A DNA stretch of 62,634 nt, counting the filler, from Vermamoeba vermiformis (lineage: Eukaryota), in assembly GCA_045837725.1 (NCBI GenBank). It is 5 parts of 5 records of this genome, joined end to end, with 100 filler letters (N's around TTAATTAATTAA, not from the genome) between each part and the next. Parts side by side here need not be neighbours in the genome. Positions count along the whole stretch, not along the records: positions 9,351 to 25,534 come from JBEWZL010000068.1; positions 25,635 to 35,068 come from JBEWZL010000070.1; 3 more parts are not named here. One strand, 5' to 3'. Under the pieces are notes generated by a model that saw only the letters and a list, made by a program, of their open reading frames with translations, was not told the DNA's origin and searched no databases. A program made the translations under genes and the position numbers. Of the stretch, positions 24,983 through 33,992 are shown piece by piece; position 1 is the first letter of the stretch, and the number at the start of each line of letters is the position of its first letter.

Positions 24983-25534
24983 ATGAAATATCTAGCAATA
25001 GTTGTAATCTACCTATTCGCGCTTCATTTCGTCTCGTGCTCTCGCGATCCGAGGGAATGGAAGTTGCTTCGTTCAGCAAGAGCGGATGAGCCAGTTACTT
25101 TCCACGTTGCACTTCATCAGCGCAACACAGATCTACTCGAGGTATTTTCTAGCTTTTGGCGTTTTATCCAATTTACTAATCTTGCGTTTTTAATATTAAT
25201 CCAGAAATACTTGTTTGAAATTAGCGATCCGACGCACACTCGTTATGGTAAGATCTAATCACTTGTATTAGCATTACTTAAGTAATGTCGCATCTACAGG
25301 TGAAGAAATGACTCGCGAAGAGATCATGTCTCTGATCGCTCCTCCAAAACAAGACCACGATGCTGTCGTCAGCTGGCTTAGATCTTATGGTTCGTATACA
25401 TATGAGAAAAGCGATCGATGTTAACATATAATGCTCAGGTGATGAAGTGCAAATCCGTTCGTTCGGTGATGCGCTCAAAGTCACATCACCTTCACATTTG
25501 GTCGAGAAGATGCTACGGACACGCTTGTATAAGT
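24983..25534 (+). CDS. Sedolisin/tripeptidyl-peptidase I (S53) prodomain, 3' partial
   Basis: Signal peptide, then VTFHVALHQRNTDLLE|KYLFEISDPTHTRYG|EEMTREEIMSLIAPP...VVSWLRSYG (Pro-kumamolisin activation domain). Confidence 0.85.
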
Positions 25535-25634
25535 NNNNNNNNNNNNNNNNNNNNNNNNNNNNNNNNNNNNNNNNNNNNTTAATTAATTAANNNNNNNNNN
25601 NNNNNNNNNNNNNNNNNNNNNNNNNNNNNNNNNN
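25535..25634. other. Artificial contig linker
   Basis: N44-TTAATTAATTAA-N44. Confidence 0.98.
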
Positions 25635-25687
25635 AAGTATTGTAAAAACGCATTTGAGTAAATTTCGCACTTTTATAAGACAACTGG

Positions 25688-28600
25688 TTATTTTTTCCTT
25701 CTTTTCTGTTCATACTCTGCCCATTCCTGGTTTTTGCTTTGGTCAGCATCAATGAAGCAATTTCGTGGTTCCCACGATTGCTCTCCATTTTCCCACAGAA
25801 CCAACCATTCTAATCTGTTTCCATTCTTCCTATGGTCAACTACTCTTTTGACAATCCATTCCTCTTGGTCTTGAAAAGAATTAGTATTGGTTCAAATAGT
25901 TGCCAACAGCATACCCTGAGTGAAATCTCGTTTGCGCTTTTTGGTTAACACTTCTACCTCTGGTTTTGAGCTAGTACTAATTATTGGGGCAGGCACTTCT
26001 GGTTTCACTTGCCCAATGGAGAACATTGCTTCAGAACTTTGAATCGGTTTGTATTGTGCCAGAGCTTCGAAATATTCAATTGCCTAAACTAGCCTTAAGA
26101 AACGGTTTCAAAGTTGAAAGCTTACTTGTTTTGACAAGAATTTCTGAGCCTTGCTAACAATAGTTTGAATCAAATCGGCAGAAGGGCAAGTGGGTTGTAT
26201 CACAGAAGGCTGACCAGATGGAGCTGCGCTGAAAAGTTCATCTTTAACTTCCGTCCATTCATTATCCAGTGACTGTTTCTTATACAAAAGAGAAGGAGTG
26301 TTGTCAAGTCCAGGTTTGATCCAAAATGCATACTTGTCCTTATGTCCACTTATTGACTGTGAAAAGCCAAGAAACCATTTCTTCCATGAATATACTGGCC
26401 ATTGTAATTCACGAATGAGAATGTCTTTTGGATAGATGGCTCTGGCAAATTCCACTGCTTGGTCCATAGTTTCTATAACTTTCCATCGAAAGTAAGTGTG
26501 GAATAACTGAAACAATCTATCAATGTCTTCATGGGTATGTCCAGGTTGAAGGTAGTGAATGAATATTTCATCGAACCAGTTATGGTGCACTAAAGCTGCT
26601 GCAAACTGTAGCAGATACTGGTTCTTTCCTTCTGCGGCACTGTTATCTACTTGCAAGTAAAGAGTTCTTGGTCTCTTGCCTGGGTCTAGAGTGAGAAGTG
26701 ACTCTTTTAGGTGATGGAAAAGCAGTGAGATGTAAAAGTCTGAATCTGCTACATAATCTGTTTCCTTGAAAAACACCAATTCTCTCTTGTTCAGACCATG
26801 GTTGATGAAGCCAACAAAACTGACAGGTAGGAAAGTTACATTTGTCCATTCTTTTGGCATTGGATGAAAATGAGGCAACCAAAATGAGCCACTTTTGTCC
26901 GTAATGACACTCATCTTGAGGTGAGGTTGCTTGATAGCAATATCTGTTCGAACTCGATAACCTTGTCTATCTCTGGTAATATAGGCTATATGATCTTGCA
27001 TTTGTTGCTTAAGAGCTGAAAGAGTTTTTTCACACAGACCAGATTGAAGTCGCTTCTGTTTAATTAATAGGCATGTTGAGCACTTTCCCAGTCTGGTTTC
27101 TTTCGGTCTTTTAACATTCTAAATTGATAATTAGTATTAATAGGATTCAAGTTAATGTACCTTAAATTGCTTGTGCCTCACTTGCTTGAATGTCTCAAAA
27201 CTGGGAATATCTTCAGTTGGCCGTTGCAGTTTGCACTCTTCTGCAAAAAGTTTGTACCACTCTTTGTTTCTGAAGCTAGTAATTACAACCATATTCTATT
27301 TTATATACAAACTTACGTTAAATGAGATGGTAAGTGAATTTCATCCTTTGTAGGAACATAGTCTCCATAGGTTTCACAATAAGCTGAAATCCATGCTGCA
27401 ACAGAGTCTCTCTTTGGAGTATCATATACTCGAAAGTAATTACCATGTAGAGTTGCAGTACTGCCATTAAGGTGCATTTGCTTGCAGTGAATCACTTTCT
27501 GAACGGCTACACCATAGATCCGACAGAAAGCCAACTGACAAACTGACATTCCATTGATCAAAAACACAACTGAAGGATCTGATATATTCATGTTGGTTCC
27601 CATAAATTTCAATAGCCAAGTTGTTTTTTCACTTTCATTCATGTCAGCTACCATTTTGCGACATTTGAGAATCTGTTGATACGTAAACAATGAAGTGCAC
27701 CTTGCATTACAACAGCTATCTTGTTGAACTGGTGTAAACAAGTTAGAGGTGTTTTTTTAGAAGCGAAAACATACCCTTTGTTATTGACTGTTCACTCACT
27801 AGTTTGTCTTTCTTTGCATGTTGGGCTTTCTGAGAGGGAACTTTCACGGCTGTGAGCTCTCTGAAAAATGAGCGAGAGATGAGTGGCTCCTCTTCAGCTT
27901 TTGATATAATGGATTGAAACAATGCAATTCCATTAACTTCTTTCTTAGTTGCCAGGTCCTATTTAGATTGTCAATACTGGAATACAGACAAATGTCAACA
28001 GACCTGCTGCTTAATGTACACCAAATGATCAATGTATTGTTTGTTTTTGCTAACATTGATATCTTCATTCACTCGATAGGCTATACCATTGTTTTGCATC
28101 CCATCATAAAAGTATGTGGCGTTGTTGTTAAGAAAGTAACACGTGGTGTGCACCCCATCACACATCAAAGCACTTAGTAGACTATATGTGCTATCTCCAA
28201 AGTGGAGAGTTGGTTCAATTTGTAAATTAATATTGGTGAACTGTCTCTTATATCTGCCCAACTCCACTGTGAGAACGGTTGGAAGGTGCATTGTTCCTAA
28301 CACATTTGTAAGAATATATCTTTGACATCACTGGAGTTTCTTACGATGTTCCACTGCAAATTCTCCACAAAATTCACACGGCATAGGCATTTTTTGGCAA
28401 TAGTCTATCAAATGGTGAATTGAAGCCTGAACGGAGAGCGTACTGTCAGAAAGTTTCTCAGCAACATAAACAGTTGGGTTGTTGAATTGTTTGATAGTTA
28501 AGGGGCAGCGGCAATTTGATCTGTGCTCTTCAGAAGTGCAAAAAAGGGTTGCTTCAGCTGTGGGCAAGGTTTTGATAGCAGCAGACAGTATTGCTCCAAT

Positions 28601-28898
28601 AGAAACGTATGATTGGCACGGAGTCCATCCAGCTACTGGTCCAAGAGCTTCAATTAAATCAACTTTCAATTGATGTAATGCTGAGCTTGATAATGGTGCA
28701 AATTGAATCCAGGTTGCAAGCAAGCGAAAGAAATTACTAGTCAGCTGCAAATCAGGAATACACTGCAGTGTTAGGCGAAGCACCAGGGCAACAGTTTCAA
28801 TAGTGCACAGATCTTTCATTCCTAGTTTCTAGGTTAGTACTACTAATGAGAAAGCTCACCAAGTCCTACCAGCTGAGCCCCACAGGAATCCTTGAAAT
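25688..28898 (-). CDS. Spliced transposase: USP-like cysteine-protease domain + Cys-rich region + Sola-like/DUF7869 DDE core + C-terminal chromodomain; first exon not found
   Basis: ORFs 28328-28819, 27995-28303, 27313-27741 and 26108-27001 join through short GT-AG introns. Motifs: LVGLGMKDLCTIE (Cys box-like), CEFC, YSLLSALMCDGVHTTCYF...YFYDGM (His/Asp box-like), CCNARC, VCQLAFCRIYGV, LGKCSTC, LQVDNSAAEGKN, GHTHEDIDRLF. Last exon 25869-25688 reads EEWIVKRVVDHRKNGNRLEWLVLWENGEQSWEP. Confidence 0.82.
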
Positions 28899-29007
28899 CT
28901 AAAAAAGACAAGTCAGTCACTAACTTGAGCAGTGATTTTTCAACGAGCCAACAATATAATATATAAACTATAAATGATTAACAATATTCAATTATCAATG
29001 AAATAGT

Positions 29008-29459
29008 GTTCGGCAAAGTCGTAGACCAGAGGTGCAAAAGTTGGTGCAAAGTTTGTTTCGACATCATCGCTGAGTCATTTTTCAGACAGTCGAATATCAT
29101 TGAATTAGGCATAATGTGGTGTATTAAGTGCATATATTAAGTTAGTTTTGTTCGGCAAACAGTTGCGCAATGGGAGGACTCAACAACCGAACTGTAACTA
29201 CCAGTCAAGATTTTTCATTTGATAAGTAATTGCACGTTTATATTATGCACAATTAATACTTCATATAATTACTCTTTAGGAAGTTCGGCAAAGTAGTGTT
29301 GGAAAGTGGTTAAAGTTGGATCTGACTGCCGGCAGAACTTGAGAAGCCATACAAAGGCTACAAATGTCAAATAGGACAATATATTCATTTATCTATCTTT
29401 TCTGAGTTATCTGAATGCTGTATATGGAGTTACAAGTGCATTTAACTTGGTTGCCGAAC
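29008..29459. repeat. Four exact copies of GTTCGGCAA (three forward, one inverted)
   Basis: 29008-29016, 29150-29158, 29283-29291 (+); TTGCCGAAC at 29451-29459 (-). Confidence 0.9.
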
Positions 29460-29726
29460 ATTTTACTGAGGGCACGGGGTAGTTGGCATTAAAGATAAGC
29501 TATAAACAAAGCATAAACAAAACAAAGCCCATAAGTGCATTATATACTATATTAATATCATCATATAATATTAACAGCACTGAATAATTATTAGAAATGA
29601 CTTGCGAGGCAGATATGAAATTGTGCCGATCACTTTTTTCATTAAATTGTCAATTCCTTCATTAGGATATTATTAGAGCTGTACTTTAAAGCCCTTTTAA
29701 TTATTAATAACTCAAAAGAATAATTT

Positions 29727-30101
29727 CTAATGACTTCCGAAGAGGGAGGAAAATCAAATCTGACCCGGCTTACCTTGAATTAATCTCCATAGTGTTTTGA
29801 ATAAAATGACCAATGATATTGATGTTATTATTAATAGTAGCTGTAGTAGTTGTGGGTTATCTTGTTGATAGTAATAAGAAAATGGCTTGGTAAATTGGCT
29901 CGTGCCCAAAGCCCTGGTAACTTCCTTTTTTGGGAGAACAAAATCAGAAGTTGCTCGGAAGTCATTAGATAACCACAACAATGGCTAATAACCCAGAAAA
30001 CTCTATTATTGAAGTACCAACAACCCCCGAAGATGCAAGCCCTCCCGAGCAAAAGACTGAAACTGATTCCTCAGATCTGAATCCATCTCGGAAGTCATTA
30101 G
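29727..30101. repeat. Three exact copies of TCGGAAGTCATTAG (one inverted)
   Basis: CTAATGACTTCCGA at 29727-29740; TCGGAAGTCATTAG at 29955-29968 and 30088-30101; degenerate AATGACTTGCGA near 29596. Confidence 0.9.
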
Positions 30102-31436
30102 GTATGAGATATTACCTTTAATAATTAGGATATAATAGTAAAATAATATACATTAGCTTAATGTAAGCTTAATTTCATTTTTCAATAGCTGACAATTCTG
30201 CCGATGATTCAAATCTAGCTCGATCCAAAGAAAAAAGCTCAGATCAACTCCTCAATACTATAGGTAATAAATAATTACACTACTATCTAAAATATAATAT
30301 TATAATGCATTATTATAGAAGATAAAGCCATTAGCTTGGACGGCCAAGAAAAGCCTGTCGCCGATCCAGTTTCATCCGAACAAGACAAGAGTAAGTCCTA
30401 CTGTTTGTACACTTCTACAATAGTTAACTCTCACTGCAGAGGACATCACTGAGTACTTCATTTACTTTGGAGAGCCTTGGGAAAAGAAGTGTTATTACAA
30501 AGTGACTCGAAGAGTGGACAACTTCTGCATCGAGGCAGGAGACTTGGTTGCCTTGAAATCAAATGCTGGGCTCCACACTGTCCTTCTCATTAAGAGAAAC
30601 AAACAATACAACAAAGTCCTTCTTGCCGACCCAACTCTAGCAAAGGTCATCGAGGTCAAGTTCAGCGAGGTCCTGACAATCCACGGCAAAACAAGCTCTG
30701 GGCAACAGCCCCAACTGGACATATTATTCAAGGAGTACATCAGTGCAAAGGTAACCTAGCTATCTATCAAGATAAAAGCTTATTCACCTTTGTAGAAAAA
30801 AAAGTTATCTCCGGCAAAGTCCAAATTAAAGCCCAAAGAAATGCATCCAAAGAGTGCAACTCGTACCCAACCACCTCGTTCTTCTCGTTCTCCTCCTGTG
30901 AAGAGTGTGCCAGTAATCAAAAAAGGTATAATCAAAAACATCAGTAGTATCATCTAATAACCTTGAACTTAGAGCTAAAGCAAGCAATCCCTCAGGCACT
31001 GCGTCGAAGAAAGGAGCGCAAGCCAGCTCCAAAGATATTACCTGACTCCTCATCCTCTGACTCGGAGAGCTCTGTTAGTGTCAAGCCAAAGCCAAAGCAA
31101 CAAAAGAAAGTGATGGAGGCTCCAAAGCTCAAGCCAGAGACGCTGCTCAAACCAACCCAACCATTGAGTGATAGTGCTCTTCAAAATGCACCGTCTCTTT
31201 CTAATCAAGATTGTTCTCCAAATCCGATTGCTTTGGAACCTGCCACGCACAATGTCACTCCACTGTTCAACGTACCATTCCAGCTTCAAAAACTGCTAGA
31301 GCTTCAACAAGTGCACCATCGGCATGCAATGGCACAACAACAGGCTAATTTCATGTTGTTGTTACAACAGCAACAGCAAGCTGAGTCTCAAGAGGCATTC
31401 AGTGCAGTAGTGCAAACCTTCTCGAAATTCAAATAA
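29981..31436 (+). CDS. Uncharacterised multi-exon protein: acidic N-terminus, small beta-rich domain (possibly BAH/Tudor-like), K/P/S-rich linker, Q-rich tail
   Basis: ATG at 29981 (MANNPENSIIEVP); GT-AG introns near 30102, 30263, 30391 and 30751; domain KSYYKVTRRVDNFCIEAGDLVALKSNAG. The domain identity is a guess. Confidence 0.65.
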
Positions 31437-31552
31437 TTAGTTCCTGACGTTCTGCGAAATTCTTGCTAGTTAAATAAAATGAGAAACTTCTAGAAGTAAT
31501 AGATTTCGTTGATTTTTCGTCAAAATTTCGCTGACTTTCTAAAATAGTAGGG

Positions 31553-31560
31553 TATAAAAG
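31553..31560 (+). promoter_or_regulatory. TATA box of the NEIL1-like gene
   Basis: GTATAAAA about 60 bp upstream of the ATG at 31615. Confidence 0.6.
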
Positions 31561-31614
31561 GAGAATTCTTAGCAAACTGTCATTTTTAAATTGATTCTAA
31601 AGACAACACAACAA

Positions 31615-32658
31615 ATGCCAGAATACCTTGAAAACAAGCTAGATGCAAGTGCCATCAATGCCAAAGCAAAGGGCCACAAGTTCAACTCAATATCCACTGG
31701 TCCATACAAAGTACCTACTTCTTCAGAGCCCCTACCTACCATGAATGGACAGTATACTCTCTCTGCCTCTGCCATTGGAAAGTGGCTTATTATCAAGCTG
31801 CGGCAAAAACGTCAACTTAAGCACACTCTCTACATCTCTCTCAGCATGAAAGGACAAGTTGTGTTTCTTACCCCTGAACAGTATGAAGCTGAAAGCAAAT
31901 TTGTGGCTATTGCTTTCCATCGTGCAGATGGCTTGGTCATTGGACTCTTCCACAAGCCCAGCAACCACATTGTTATATATGTGGATTACAAACCTGACAC
32001 TCTTTCACATGACTTCTTCCTTGAACCATCAGCATTCAAAAAGCACCTGCAACAGAAGTTGAAAGCTACCCGCAAGAACCTGGCTACTACTCCTCTCTGT
32101 GTATTGATGCTGGATCAAGACTTCTTTCCTGGAGTTGGAAACTATCTGCGTGCTGAAACTCTCCATAAGGCAAACATTCCACCTTTCACTCCTGCTAGCC
32201 TCCTGAACGAACCTCAGTTTTTGCAAACTCTGTTGGATGCTCTACATGCAATTGTGATGGAATTCATTGCCAAGTTACCAGATCACTACAACATGCAAGA
32301 TGCTCAAATGAAAACTTGGTTTGAGAATGATTTCCTGAAGGTGTATGGCAAACAAGACTCCCAACGTGCCTTTGACTCCAGTGGAAAGAAGATTTGGTGG
32401 AAAGGACCAGGGGGACAGCTTCCCTATGTACCAACAGAAGATGTATCCAAAGAATCTGTTGGTCCTTATAGTGGATGGGCAATGGAGCTGGAACAAACTG
32501 AAATTACTCACCAGGACAAGCAAGCTCTTCACTATGCAGTGCGCAAAGGAAAGCGTGGACGACCTAGAGTGATACGCAACTCTATTGGAAGACCAAGCCT
32601 GGGCCGCCCTCAATACAATAATAGAAGAGCAAAGCAAAAGTTTATGTACCGTAAATAA
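31615..32658 (+). CDS. Fpg/Nei-family DNA glycosylase/AP lyase, NEIL1-like, with C-terminal AT-hook-like GRP motifs
   Basis: True start MPE (catalytic Pro-Glu); SASAIGKWL (cf. NEIL1 SASARGKEL); SMKG; H2TH MLDQDFFPGVGNYLRAETLHKANIPPF; zincless-finger-like LKVYG...DSSGKKIWW; KRGRPR. Confidence 0.92.
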   Translation: MPEYLENKLDASAINAKAKGHKFNSISTGPYKVPTSSEPLPTMNGQYTLSASAIGKWLIIKLRQKRQLKHTLYISLSMKGQVVFLTPEQYEAESKFVAIAFHRADGLVIGLFHKPSNHIVIYVDYKPDTLSHDFFLEPSAFKKHLQQKLKATRKNLATTPLCVLMLDQDFFPGVGNYLRAETLHKANIPPFTPASLLNEPQFLQTLLDALHAIVMEFIAKLPDHYNMQDAQMKTWFENDFLKVYGKQDSQRAFDSSGKKIWWKGPGGQLPYVPTEDVSKESVGPYSGWAMELEQTEITHQDKQALHYAVRKGKRGRPRVIRNSIGRPSLGRPQYNNRRAKQKFMYRK

Positions 32659-32703
32659 ACTAAATGTACCCAAATGCACTTTTACAATACCTTTCGATTC
32701 TAG

Positions 32704-33340
32704 TGAACTTGAATCGTACTTTCATTCATGTCTAGTCTACACACCAAAATACTGCCATTTCTCAAAAATAGACAATTTTAGTGCACTACGAGCAGTTGGA
32801 ACACTAAATTGGAACGCAGCGAAAGATCCAGTGGCCAGAGATGCAGGCCTTGCCGTTTTTGAGCGACAAATTATTAAGAGGCTTGCTCTTGATATATTCA
32901 AAGACCCAATCGATGCAGCAGAGCTCACAGAATTTTCAATGGCAAATATCTACAAGAAGTACTTCATCTTGCAGGAGCGAGAACGACGCGAAGCTGAAAA
33001 GGCAGCCAAAGAGGCCCAAAAAAAGCTTAATCAACAGAAAAAATTGACTAATGCTCCTGCAAATGACACACCGAAGGTTGCAGGCAAGCGAAAGCGAGAA
33101 GACAATAAATCCACAACGGAAAAAAAGCAAGAAAATTCCAAATCGAATCCAAAGCGGCGGCGCACCACTACTAAAGATGAATACAATTTTTTAGTAGCTT
33201 ATTTAGACAAGGATTCACCTTTATCGGACCAAAGTTTCGAAGAAATCCAAAAAAAGCTTGGATCGGAGTGGGATGCAGCAAGGATAAAATCATGGCTGCG
33301 AAATAATAGACAAAGGCAAAGGAAAAGTAAAAATAAATAG
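32704..33340 (+). CDS. Exon encoding a coiled coil, NLS and divergent homeodomain; probably exon 2 of the NEIL1-like gene
   Basis: KRRRTTTKDEYNFLVAYLDKDSPLSDQSFEEIQKKLGSEWDAARIKSWLRNNRQRQRK has homeodomain spacing (W48, N51, R53). No convincing ATG or promoter of its own; TTCTAG acceptor ends at 32703. Confidence 0.7.
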
Positions 33341-33622
33341 TAAGCTCGTGTGGTGTTCCGTTCAATTTTTCCCGTTTGATTGGTCACGTCAACCAGGGCG
33401 CCAGAATGCTCCTTTAATCCTTTGGAAATCTCAGCATAATCTTCGAGTAAGATAATATCTAATTTAAAGGGAAAATCAATTGGGTCGGTAGGGTTAAGGC
33501 TGGCTCATATGGGGTCAATGGTCCTGATACTACGTAGAGTGAAGTACACACGAAATTGTTTTTCGGTTGCAAACTTTATCTGCACTTTCTGACTGCGACC
33601 ACACTATTAAATAACTACAAAT

Positions 33623-33929
33623 ATGGCTCGCCTTCACGACACCCTTGAATTGGTCAGCGTTGAAGACCGCTTCGTCTTGATCGCAAACGACAAGAGTGGA
33701 TTGCAGATTGACCGCAGAAGTGGTGCTATTTCAGGTAAATAACGAATATTAATCTGTCCTTAGTATTATTTAACCATGCCGTGTTGCATTATGGATTTAT
33801 CTTGTGGATTTGACATACTTCATGATCTAACGTCTTTTTCTTGCTTAGTCCTCAGCAATACTGAAGAAATTCAAGGAGCTGCTAAAAAGACTGTTTTTGG
33901 TATTTTGGGCATTGTGACTTTGCTTAGAG
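33623..33929 (+). CDS. SAC1: SAC1-family phosphoinositide phosphatase, first two exons (3' partial)
   Basis: MARLHDTLELVSVEDRFVL...LQIDRRSGAIS|...KTVFGILGIVTLLRG, the characteristic SAC-domain N-terminus. Confidence 0.75.
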
Positions 33930-33992
33930 GTAAGCTTTCAATATTAAGAAATAAATAAATTTCGAAAATTTTCTAACCGGCAATCAAAATCC

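Larger units (their letters stand above)
25635..33606. mobile_element. Putative large multi-gene DNA transposon (Sola-like/DUF7869 transposase plus cargo); left end off-contig, right end uncertain (33340-33610)
   Basis: Contiguous CpG-poor block containing a transposase gene and two or three divergent genes, with repeated motifs between them. Host-like SAC1 starts at 33623. No TIR pair or TSD could be verified. Confidence 0.55.

Noticed and set aside
32345-32645. Overlapping frame (32345-32572 and 32585 onward) as the real N-terminus of the homeodomain protein
   Set aside because: Interrupted by TGA at 32570, non-ATG starts, no compatible splice donor found; codon pattern favours the glycosylase frame.
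29002-33608. AATAGTGT...ACACTATT as the TIR pair of a separate element
   Set aside because: 8-bp exact match followed by gapped similarity only, and no TSD; kept only as a hint for the right boundary.
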